Positions 1 through 8,700 of a stretch of DNA of 27,948 nt are shown here, piece by piece. Position 1 is the first letter of the stretch. Every line of letters starts with the position of its first letter. A program made the translations under genes and the position numbers. Under the pieces are notes generated by a model. The model searched no databases. It worked only from the letters and a program-made list of their open reading frames with translations, and was not told the origin of the DNA. Source of the stretch: a virus (Duplodnaviria; Caudoviricetes); IMG/VR virus record IMGVR_UViG_3300010366_000052, positions 1 through 27,948 of that record; one strand, given 5' to 3'.

Positions 1-138
1 AATCGCGGCGCCGGCGACTGTGTATCTTAATTTGACTGAGCTTCCGGAAAGTGCGATCGGCGTCTTTTGCTCGTCGGCGTTTCGACAGTCGACGCGCAAG
101 ATCGAGCCGGTATCCGATTCGACGAGTTTGAAAATCAT
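1..138 (-). CDS. Partial CDS (runs off window), probable virion structural protein, BppU-N-like
   Basis: ATG at 136-138 with GGGGG RBS, abutting the stop of the upstream gene. Translates MIFKLVESDTGSILRVDCRNADEQKTPIALSGSSVKLRYTVAGAAI..., resembling the 'GDT..L.V.......PIDL.G.SV' pattern of small fibre/baseplate-attachment proteins. Not in the ORF track. Confidence 0.55.
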   Translation of the reverse strand, partial: MIFKLVESDTGSILRVDCRNADEQKTPIALSGSSVKLRYTVAGAAI

Positions 139-139
139 T

Positions 140-436
140 TCAACCCCCTTCCGCGTCGCGCTGCTTTTGATATTGCTCTCGCCGGATCCTGAAATCTTTC
201 AGGACCGCCACGGCCGCCTGATCATCTTGAACGCCGATCGCTTCCCGTAACCAATCCATGACGAGCTGATCAGTCTCGGCCGACTCGGCCGCTTCCAAAA
301 TATTCAAGGCAAACGATCGAGCTTCCGCCGGCGTACAAATGCCGATCAAATGCGGCCCTTCGTTATCCTCGAAACTGAGCTCGACGAGGCCCTTTCGAGT
401 CTCGGCGCCGAACATTGATTGCGCCCATAGTTGCAT
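140..436 (-). CDS. Hypothetical protein (98 aa)
   Basis: GGGGAG RBS, protein-like composition, stop abuts the next start. Confidence 0.7.
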   Translation of the reverse strand: MQLWAQSMFGAETRKGLVELSFEDNEGPHLIGICTPAEARSFALNILEAAESAETDQLVMDWLREAIGVQDDQAAVAVLKDFRIRREQYQKQRDAEGG

Positions 437-453
437 TTTTGAAAGCTCCCCGA

Positions 454-473
454 TCGGCCAGGATCCTGGCCGA
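454..473. repeat. Perfect 20-bp palindrome TCGGCCAGGATCCTGGCCGA
   Basis: Self-complementary over all 20 bp, intergenic, followed by a second small inverted repeat AATCGG-ATC-CCGATT at 475-489. Confidence 0.85.
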
Positions 474-499
474 AAATCGGATCCCGATTCATTCAGTTT

Positions 500-649
500 T
501 CAGAGCGCGCGCCGGCCGGATAACAAATTCCAGAGCAATACGACGAGCGCGACGATCAGCAAAATATGAATGAGCCCGCCGAACGCATTTCCAGTCAAAA
601 CGCCCAGGAGCCAAAGAATCAAAATAATAATGAATATTGTCCAAAGCAT
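500..649 (-). CDS. lmo0937-family small membrane protein (49 aa)
   Basis: MLWTIFIIILILWLLGVLTGNAFGGLIHILLIVALVVLLWNLLSGRRAL matches the family signature 'MLW.I..IL..LWLLG......GGLIHILLV.A'. ATG at 649 with AAGGGGG RBS (the ORF-track start at 766 is too long). Confidence 0.85.
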   Translation of the reverse strand: MLWTIFIIILILWLLGVLTGNAFGGLIHILLIVALVVLLWNLLSGRRAL

Positions 650-662
650 CGCGCCCCCCTTT

Positions 663-1088
663 TCAATCCTCGTCGGCCGAGCCCTCGATCGCGCCGCCGC
701 CGGCATACTTCCGAACGCCGGCCTCGTTCCCGCACTTTGGGCATTTAACCGAATGATCTTCGCCATCGGCCGGAACCTTTTCGACGAGCTCTGTTATGTC
801 GGCGCCGCAATATTCCCGAATCTCTTTCCCGCTGTCGGTTCGAATGAACATCAGGCCCCGGCCCTTGCGATAAATTGCGCCAGTCGAAAACGGTTGACCT
901 TCCTCGACCTTGAGCCGCTCGAGATCGCCAGGCGCCATGACGCCTTTGTATTCCTCGAGTAACTCGTCGAACTCATCTTGCTCGATCGGCGATTTTTTAC
1001 CCTGGCAAGTGTAAGTAACTTTCAAGTTTTCGGCCGTCGCCGCGACCTCGACATCGGCGTCGTCGATTCCCGTAATTCTGCTACTCAT
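663..1088 (-). CDS. Hypothetical acidic protein with possible Zn site (141 aa)
   Basis: Start MSSRITG at 1088 with GGGGGG RBS; Cys pattern YTC...YCG...CPKCG. Confidence 0.7.
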   Translation of the reverse strand: MSSRITGIDDADVEVAATAENLKVTYTCQGKKSPIEQDEFDELLEEYKGVMAPGDLERLKVEEGQPFSTGAIYRKGRGLMFIRTDSGKEIREYCGADITELVEKVPADGEDHSVKCPKCGNEAGVRKYAGGGAIEGSADED

Positions 1089-1123
1089 TTTTAACCCCCC
1101 TTTTCGCACCTGGTGTGCGGTTT

Positions 1124-1858
1124 TTAAACACTCGTTCCTGATAGCTGAGTTGTGAACGTGTTTTTGACGGCCGCGTCGCCGGCGCCGAGCGAGAGCTCGA
1201 CCCATACGCCGATCGCCGCCGCCGCCGCGAGCGCCCCGCCTGGTACATTCTGAGCGACGCCGTCGTCGACGAGCGTTATCGATGTCGGAACCGTTAATCT
1301 ATTCGCGACAGACTGAGAACCGCCGACCGCCGCCTCACATGCGATTCGAATCTTCGCCGCCGGATCCGCCGTCAGTGTCATTTGCGCAGAATTCAAAGTG
1401 AGCGAACCATTATTGTTTTTCCAAAAAAGCTTTTCATATCGGAGCGTCGCGCCAGCTTGCGACGCCGAGTTATAGAAAAACCGCCTGACACCGGTAATGT
1501 TGGGCCCGAGCGTCGCAATATTGGCGCCGCCCGATGTTTTGGTTACTGTGACAGTTTGAGCGCCGCTCGACGCGATAATGATCTTCAAGATTCGCTCGAA
1601 CGTTTGAGTCGTGTTGACCGGCGTCGCCCCGTTGAGCGTTTTTGTGTCGCTCACTATCGCGCCGGCCGCGTTCCGACCTGTGACCGTGACGCTTCGAGTA
1701 TCGGCCGCGCTACTGACGAGCGTTACTGTATCGACCGCGCTTATATCGGTGAACTCGACTCTCGTCGCCGTATCGATCGCGCCGCCGCTTGTGCTTGCAT
1801 CATCTTCCGGCATGTTCGCCGATGCAAAAGCTAATAGATCAGTCGTTAGAATTGACAC
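1124..1858 (-). CDS. Putative virion structural protein (244 aa, beta-rich)
   Basis: GTG start with GGGAGGG RBS; Thr/Ala/Ser/Gly-rich; lies directly downstream of the fibre gene. Confidence 0.75.
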   Translation of the reverse strand: MSILTTDLLAFASANMPEDDASTSGGAIDTATRVEFTDISAVDTVTLVSSAADTRSVTVTGRNAAGAIVSDTKTLNGATPVNTTQTFERILKIIIASSGAQTVTVTKTSGGANIATLGPNITGVRRFFYNSASQAGATLRYEKLFWKNNNGSLTLNSAQMTLTADPAAKIRIACEAAVGGSQSVANRLTVPTSITLVDDGVAQNVPGGALAAAAAIGVWVELSLGAGDAAVKNTFTTQLSGTSV

Positions 1859-1882
1859 ATTCAGGCCCTCCCCTCTTGAGTT

Positions 1883-4594
1883 TTAAGGTTCATGAATCAG
1901 GAACCGCGCGACGAGCTCGAGCGTCGACGCGAATTCCTTTTCGACCTCGATCGATTCCGCGAACCCTTGTTGAGTCGTTAGTAATTGCGCGAATAAAACT
2001 TGCGCCAGGATCAGACCGTAAGCGAGCCGAACCCATTCAATATTCATTTGACCGGAATTGCGCGCGATCGAATGAAGCGCCTCGAATGAGCTCGAGGCCG
2101 ACTGACTGAGCGGCAAATATTGGCCCGTCGCTTCAATCCTGGCGATCGCGGCGCCGGCCGCCCTGGTTAGAGCTTCGAATGTCGGCCGAGCTGTCGCCGA
2201 TAGCTGGCCGGCCAGGACCTCGAAAACCTGAGTCGTCGCTCGTATCGCCCTGGTATTCGATTCGATCGACGAGAGCTCTATTCGGGACACCTGGCCGGCC
2301 GCCTCGAGCGCCGCGATCGCCGGCGTCGCCTGGCGAGTCAAAACTTCAAACACCTGGCCGGCCGCTTTCAGGAGAGCCCCGACCGCTTCGAAATAGCCAA
2401 TCGCCGGCCGCGTGATCAGGCCGAGCGCCTCGAGATTTGAGAGCTCGGCCGCGCTGACGAGCGTAAAGCCTTGGGACTCAAACGGCGAGATCGCCGCCCT
2501 CGACTGGCGAGTCAAAGCCTCGAACGCCTGGCCGGCCGCCCTGGCGAGACTTGTCAAAGCTTCCCAGGAGCTCGCCGCCGTGAGCTTCACCAGGCCGAGC
2601 GCCTCGAGATTGGATATCGCCGCCGCAATGACTGGTAAATTGCCTTGAGCTTCGAATGCCGAGATCGCCAGCCGCGCGACTCGGCCGAGCGCCTCGAATA
2701 CCTGGCCGGCCGCTTTCAGGATATTCGTCAAAGCTTCGAAGTAACTCGCCGCCGTGAGCTTCACCAAGCCGAGCGCCTCGAGATTCGAGATCGCCGGATT
2801 CTTGATATTGATTCCTGATTCGAATAACAGGATCCGAATCGACGCGAGCGAGCTTTGAGCTTCCCAATTGTGGACCGCCGCGCGCGTGATAAGCGCGCCG
2901 GCTTCGAATACCTCGACGGCCGATCGAGTCAATCGCGTTAGAGCTTCGAAATTTGAGATCTCGAGATTTGAGACGGCCGTCAAACCTTGAGCTTCGAAAT
3001 TCGAGATCGCGGCCGTCGCCTGGCGAGTGAGAGCTTCCCAATTCGAGAGCCTCGAGCTCGTCAGGCCCTTTGTTGCTTCCCAATTCTCGACGGCCGATTG
3101 AACCGATCGCGTCAAAGCCTCGAGCGAATGAATCGCGCTTGTGGTAACTGTCCCGCGCGCCTCGATATTCTTGATCGCCGTCTGAATGATCCGGCCGAGA
3201 GCTTCCTCGTTACTGACGGCCGACCTGGCCGCCCTGGTTAATGCTTCAAATGCCGAGATCTCCGTTTGTTTGGCCGGCGTCAGAGATTCGCCATTTGCGA
3301 TCGCGCTCGCTTTCGATGTTCCCGCCGCTTCGACGTTGCTTATCGCGAGAGTCGCGAGCCGGCCCTGTGCCTCAATACTCGAGATTGCCGTATTACTGAC
3401 TGGCGTTCCGGCCGTGAGTTTTGCCGCGAACCATAGGATCGTGGGCGTCGTCGTCGTGCCCGTCGCCCAATTGATAGTAAAGCCGCCGCTATCGAGTGAG
3501 GTATGATTCGCCGTCTGAGTGACCGCACCGGCAACAGAGTGGACGTTTAGACAATGATTGCTAACGATATTATGTTTCGCAACGGTTGCAATGACGTTGT
3601 TCTGTGCCAGACTGCAACACCCCTGATTCGTTCCGTCACTCCCGCCTATGTTCAAATTCGCTTGCGATGCATAAGCAGTCGAAGCGGCCGCATCGGCGCC
3701 GGTCACCAAACAATAACCGTCCGGTTGAAAAGCCATGCTCGAAACGCTCTGACTTCCTGTTCCGCTGATCTTCGCAAAGCTCCCGATATCCCAAGTCCCG
3801 CCCTTGATACAAAGCACGTTGAAATTGTTATTGCTCGTGCTGAAGCCTGAGATTTGATTTAGAGTGAATCCATCCGAATCGAAGCTGAAAAAATCCGCGC
3901 GCGTGTCCTCGCCAGCCCCGGCTCTCGAACAGGCCCAACACGAATCGGTTCTCTGATATGAAGCGAGGGCCAAACTCGAAGTCATAGTCACCCCAATTGC
4001 CGCTACACGGGCCAGCGAAAACCATCTTTTGCTCGTTGAAAGCGCGCAACCTAAACCTATTTCATTAAACGATTGCTGAGTTTGTGACGAAAAAAACATG
4101 ATCGTCGGTTGAAAGCCAATTCCCGTAAAACTCTTATTCCCAGTGCTAGCCGTCGTGAACCCATAATTCGCAACCTTGACATTTGTAATATCAGAGCCTC
4201 CAAAGGCCACATAAAGAATCTTGTAGGCCGACGTGTTATTAGTAGTCCATTTAAGTGTGAATCCGTCACTATCAAAGCTCACCAAATCGCACTCGGCGGT
4301 CGTTCCGCTTCCCGCCGCAAGAATAGTTAAAGCTTTGGTCGAATCGGAACTGCTATTGGATGCCGACGTTGAAACCGCGTCCTGCGACCATTCTTGTCTG
4401 CTTCGCGAAGCCGAGGCCCCGCTCGAGAACCCGATTCCGAGAGCCGCATTCGCGCCGACCCCTTCCGCTGTATCGGCTACACACATCAGAATCAAAGCCT
4501 TCGGCGTGAACCCCACGCCCGTAATGCTCTGCGTGACGTTCGCCGTTCCCGAGCTATCTTTGTTGAACTGGCCGACTTTGAATCCGTTCGCCAC
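1883..4594 (-). CDS. Fibre-like virion protein (903 aa): three N-terminal beta-domains plus a 14-aa repeat shaft
   Basis: Three repeats of 'S.TG.GF.P...SFDSDGFTL.W' in aa 1-395, then about 30 copies of a 14-aa '(A)IS.FEAL.R' unit. Located after the tail tip gene. Confidence 0.8.
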   Translation of the reverse strand: MANGFKVGQFNKDSSGTANVTQSITGVGFTPKALILMCVADTAEGVGANAALGIGFSSGASASRSRQEWSQDAVSTSASNSSSDSTKALTILAAGSGTTAECDLVSFDSDGFTLKWTTNNTSAYKILYVAFGGSDITNVKVANYGFTTASTGNKSFTGIGFQPTIMFFSSQTQQSFNEIGLGCALSTSKRWFSLARVAAIGVTMTSSLALASYQRTDSCWACSRAGAGEDTRADFFSFDSDGFTLNQISGFSTSNNNFNVLCIKGGTWDIGSFAKISGTGSQSVSSMAFQPDGYCLVTGADAAASTAYASQANLNIGGSDGTNQGCCSLAQNNVIATVAKHNIVSNHCLNVHSVAGAVTQTANHTSLDSGGFTINWATGTTTTPTILWFAAKLTAGTPVSNTAISSIEAQGRLATLAISNVEAAGTSKASAIANGESLTPAKQTEISAFEALTRAARSAVSNEEALGRIIQTAIKNIEARGTVTTSAIHSLEALTRSVQSAVENWEATKGLTSSRLSNWEALTRQATAAISNFEAQGLTAVSNLEISNFEALTRLTRSAVEVFEAGALITRAAVHNWEAQSSLASIRILLFESGINIKNPAISNLEALGLVKLTAASYFEALTNILKAAGQVFEALGRVARLAISAFEAQGNLPVIAAAISNLEALGLVKLTAASSWEALTSLARAAGQAFEALTRQSRAAISPFESQGFTLVSAAELSNLEALGLITRPAIGYFEAVGALLKAAGQVFEVLTRQATPAIAALEAAGQVSRIELSSIESNTRAIRATTQVFEVLAGQLSATARPTFEALTRAAGAAIARIEATGQYLPLSQSASSSFEALHSIARNSGQMNIEWVRLAYGLILAQVLFAQLLTTQQGFAESIEVEKEFASTLELVARFLIHEP
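2414..2790 (-). repeat. 174-bp (58-aa) higher-order tandem repeat inside the fibre gene
   Basis: CA(G/A)GCCGAGCGCCTCGAGATT begins at 2417, 2591 and 2765, a spacing of exactly 174. Confidence 0.9.
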
Positions 4595-4942
4595 CTACCA
4601 AACCTCATCATTGAGCGCGCGATTATAGAGCGCGAGCCATGCGTCATTGTCGAGCTGCTTTCCGGTTCTCTTGATCATTATCGCGCCGTCCGGAATATCG
4701 GCCGCGTGAGTACATTTGTACTCGCCATTGAAATACCAGTAGTAATCGAAGCCCTGCAAAATCTCTTTGTAATTCCAAGTCTCGATGATCTGGCCGAGCT
4801 CGCCGCGATCGACATGGATCGGGAAAGTTTCGGCATAGTAGACCGTGATTATCTGGATCCCGGTATCCGGAAGCTCGGCCCATTCGATCGTTCGCATGAT
4901 CGAGCCATCGCTCAAATATGCTTTGAATCCCGCGACCGTCAT
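4595..4942 (-). CDS. Hypothetical protein (115 aa), fibre-associated
   Basis: ATGA overlap with the upstream ORF; stop abuts the fibre GTG; aromatic-rich (EWAELPDTGIQII, GFDYYWYFNG). Confidence 0.75.
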   Translation of the reverse strand: MTVAGFKAYLSDGSIMRTIEWAELPDTGIQIITVYYAETFPIHVDRGELGQIIETWNYKEILQGFDYYWYFNGEYKCTHAADIPDGAIMIKRTGKQLDNDAWLALYNRALNDEVW

Positions 4943-5163
4943 GATTTTTGCTCGCCAGGCGCCGGCGCCGGCGCTTCCATCGCCTTGCCGAATTCGACCG
5001 GATAACGATCGCCAGGCCGAAACGTCGTGATTACCTCGTCGATCGCGCCGGCGAATGTAATCGAGTATGTTGGAATCGGGCCCGCCGCCGTCGTCAGATT
5101 CCCATTAACCGCCGCGTGATCGCGATTGAGAATTATCTGAGTACACTCAAAAACGAATTTCAT
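4939..5163 (-). CDS. Hypothetical protein (74 aa)
   Basis: ATG at 5163 with AGGGGG RBS (alternative start 5178); coupled to the next gene. Confidence 0.65.
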   Translation of the reverse strand: MKFVFECTQIILNRDHAAVNGNLTTAAGPIPTYSITFAGAIDEVITTFRPGDRYPVEFGKAMEAPAPAPGEQKS

Positions 5164-5174
5164 TTTTCCCCCTT

Positions 5175-5315
5175 TCATTCGTCATAAACACCCTGTTGAA
5201 TCCGGATCCATTCCTCGACCGCCTCTTTCCGCTGCCAGCCAGCCTCGATCAGTCGCTCGACGAAAGCGTCGCGGTTATCCTCGTAAGATTGCGACGCGTC
5301 TAATCTGTCGCTCAT
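5175..5315 (-). CDS. Small hypothetical protein (46 aa)
   Basis: MSDRLDASQSYEDNRDAFVERLIEAGWQRKEAVEEWIRIQQGVYDE; ATGA overlap with the stop of 5312..5689. It is the 3' part of the track's 5175..5711 ORF. Confidence 0.6.
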   Translation of the reverse strand: MSDRLDASQSYEDNRDAFVERLIEAGWQRKEAVEEWIRIQQGVYDE

Positions 5316-5689
5316 TTCGGCCCCAATCCCAAATGCGATAAAGTCTCGTCGCTCACGCAATCCGGACATGTAATGTTCAAATAAATTTCTTGCGGGAGCG
5401 TCACCAGTCGAGGCCCCGGTATCGAGTCGTCGTAAATGATCGCTTCGCGAACGATCAGAAAATTCGCCTTTTCCTTCGGAACCGTTTTCCCGCAGATTGA
5501 ACAATCGAACGAACGCGGCGCCGTCATTAATTCGGAATGCCGTTGACTGAGCTCGGCGATCTCGCGAAGCTCGTCGAGCGAGATCGCTTCGCCGCGCGCT
5601 ATCTTGTGCCTGTGATCCGTATGAACGGCCGCGAGCCTGGCCGCGACCTGGCCGAGCTCGTGATCTTCGCTTGAAATGTGTTTTCGCAT
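5312..5689 (-). CDS. Hypothetical Zn-finger protein (125 aa)
   Basis: CSIC...CPDC pair; fills the gap after the tail tip gene. Confidence 0.65.
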   Translation of the reverse strand: MRKHISSEDHELGQVAARLAAVHTDHRHKIARGEAISLDELREIAELSQRHSELMTAPRSFDCSICGKTVPKEKANFLIVREAIIYDDSIPGPRLVTLPQEIYLNITCPDCVSDETLSHLGLGPK

Positions 5690-5712
5690 ACCCGCGTTTT
5701 TGAATATTCAAA
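5688..5712. promoter_or_regulatory. Operator-like 25-bp site, copy 1 (core palindrome TTTGAATATTCAAA)
   Basis: 24/25 identical to 26778-26802; perfect 14-bp palindrome at 5699-5712; covers the translation start region of 5312..5689. Confidence 0.55.
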
Positions 5713-5715
5713 TAT

Positions 5716-8700
5716 TCATTCGAGCGACGGCCGGAGTATCACGCTCGAGCCGCTGCCCGTCGTGTATCCGCCGGCGACCCCGACCGGCGTAACGAGATCA
5801 GGACTCGCGATCGCCGTCGCCGGAATCATTGCCGGCGCCGCCGTGTCGCTTTCGCTCGGCCGTGGTTCCCATGCTTGTGGTACTTCGCCGCGCTTCAAAA
5901 AGAACCGATCGACCTCGAGCGTCGAGCCGGCCGGAACCGTGATCTCGACTTCGACCCATTGATTCGCATACCCGCCCGAACCGTCGTTAAAATCCGGCGT
6001 CGCCTTGATCCGGAGATTCCCACTAATAACCGCGTAAAGCGTCGAAATAGTATTGAGTGATTGATTAATGTCGACGTCCGCGTTATCCACGAGCGACGGA
6101 GAATCCTTCAAAACCCTGGCGACGACCGATCCCGATGTAAGCGTTCCCGAAAGCGTTCGAGCGTAAATGGAAAAATAGTATTTATCGCCGGCTTTGAATC
6201 TCTTTTTGAGATTGGATATCATCCTCACGACGGCGCCGGCGTTTGAAATCTCGACCGCATGATCCGATTGATTCCACCTGGCGCCGTTTGCGGCCGTCGT
6301 CGTGATATTGAATTCATGAGCCGCATTCGCCGGATTCCCGATTCCATCCCATACAAGCCAGTTGCCGAGATTCGTCGCGACGACGCCGTCGTTCTGATCG
6401 AAATCAGAATTCAAAAGCAAGTTAAGTGAGCCTGTCATAGTCACGCCGGCCGTGACCTGATTAACTGAGCCGAGCGAGCTTATATGTTCGGCGCCGAACG
6501 TCAATAAACTCGACGACAATCCAGTGCCCCTGGTTCGAACTCCGTTGACTAACCAAATCGGAGTAACTAGCAATTTCACGCCGGCGGAAAACGTCGAATC
6601 GATTTGCACCTTTGTAACTTGCGCCTTCCATTGCGAGACGAGGCCGATCTCGACCTCGTTAACGCTTTGAGTCGGCGAAGTCGACCCGTCGATCGAGCTC
6701 ATGAAATTCGTTCCGCCGTTATCAGTGAAAACCGCGAAGTATCCGAGCAAAGCATCATTCGAGCCCGCCGGCGGAACCCACGTCCCGACAATCCTCGAGC
6801 CGGCCCAATTCCATCGAAGCACAATATTCGAAACCTGAGTCGCCGGCGCCGCCGTCAATTGCGATCGATCGCTCGCCGTCGCGCCCTGGACCGCCGAGCT
6901 CGTCGCCGCGCTATTCTTTCCGCCGACCGCGACCGCCGTCGCTCTGTACTGCGCAGTAACGCCGGCCTTTCGCTTTATATCGAAATTGATCGTGATCGTT
7001 CCCGACACACTGGCATGTAAAACGTCTGAATGTTTCAATGGATAGCTTTGCTCGAAAACAAACCCCCCGCCGTTTATCGACGCCTCGATGATTAGATTCT
7101 TGAACCAAACGATATTTACGCCATCTTGAGTCAGAGTAACCGGAACCTGATCGAGCTTGTTCCCGCCGTCGAGCCTGGCGATCGTTCCGAACGTCGGCGC
7201 CGGAACCGTGTAAGCGTCGGCCGGCGCGACTGGCAACACATTGCCGGCCGTGAAGTCGAGCGTTCCCGTCGTCGGCGTCGACTTGTCGCCATTGAGCGCC
7301 AGGACCGCCGTAATTCTCATTCGCTCGCCGAGCTTGAGATAGAACGCCCTCGTTAGACTCGAACCCCCCGACTCGGCCGCCGCGACCTCGAATTCTAAGC
7401 TCGACGGATTCCCGACATTCGACGCGTTTGTCGCGTCGCGCTTCTGCCAAGTGAAACCGACTCGCGTTATCGAATTGCTCGAGAACGTACCGCTCGCCAC
7501 TGTAAACGTGAGCTCGAGCCGCGCCTGGCCTTTTTCTGGATCGCCGTCGACCGTGTTAACCAACAGAGAGCCAGGAAAAGAGAGAGCCCCAGGAGTCGCC
7601 GAGCCCTCGAGCGACCATGTTGAAACGTTGACCGTCGCATCCGGCGAAACGGCCGACGTTCCCACGTCATTAACGAGATAACACCTGACCCTGAGAGCGT
7701 CGGCCGTCGGCCATAGCGCCAGGCAATCGGCTTTCGTGAGATACAAATGCGAAGTTTGTAATTGTTGATCAAACCGAAATTCAGTCGCGCTCGACTCCCA
7801 ATTCCCGAGGCCCGTCGAATCGCTCAAATATCCGAGAACCGTCGTCGTGACCCGCGCCTCGATTACGACTAGAATTTTGCTTAGAGTGTTTACGTTGACC
7901 GACGGAACCGGAATCTTGACTCGAACGCCCTTCGATTTAACGACTAACTTCGGCGTCGGCGCGATCGCGAGCGCATTGTCGCCGGCCGCGTTCGATGCTT
8001 GCGCCGAGAGCTGTACCGACCAATTATTTTTTCCGTTCCGGCCGGCGCATCGCGCGTACAAAGTGACGCCGGCGCCGCCGATATCCTCTTGATCGATCTG
8101 AAAATTGATCGCCTTGCCTGATATCCAATTGATGCCGGCCGGCGGATTCAAGGGATTCGTCGTATACCATGCCGGCGTCGCGCTTCCGAGCTTTGTCGGA
8201 TCGCTCGCGGCCGCCGCGTCAGTAGTCCAATAAGTGAAATAATCCTCGACATTCTCGGCCGAGATATCCTGAATCTTGACTTTGACGGCGCCCTTTCTTT
8301 GCCGGATCGCAAAACCGGCGACGGCCGGATAACTGAATCTCGGCGGAGTAAGCGAGAGCGTCAGTGTCGGATAGTTTTTCTTCGCGACGGCGATTTGAGT
8401 TTTATTAGGATGAGCGATCGCGGCCGTATCGAATTGCGGTTGCCGGTTGCCGCCGCTCGTTTGGAACGAGAGCGAGCCCGCCGCTTTCGCCGTGAGCTTG
8501 TCGAGCTCGAATTCGCATTGAACATAATCGCCGACCGTGAAAACGGTACTGTCGACGACCGCCGCGGTTCCGGCCGTCGCCGTCAAATCGGCCGTCAGAG
8601 CTGTTATCTTCGTCGGATCCGGAACGTATCCGAGCGGCCCATGAGATCGATTGAGGCCGAGCGCGACGAATGAGATCTCGACTGACTTCGATTTGATGTA

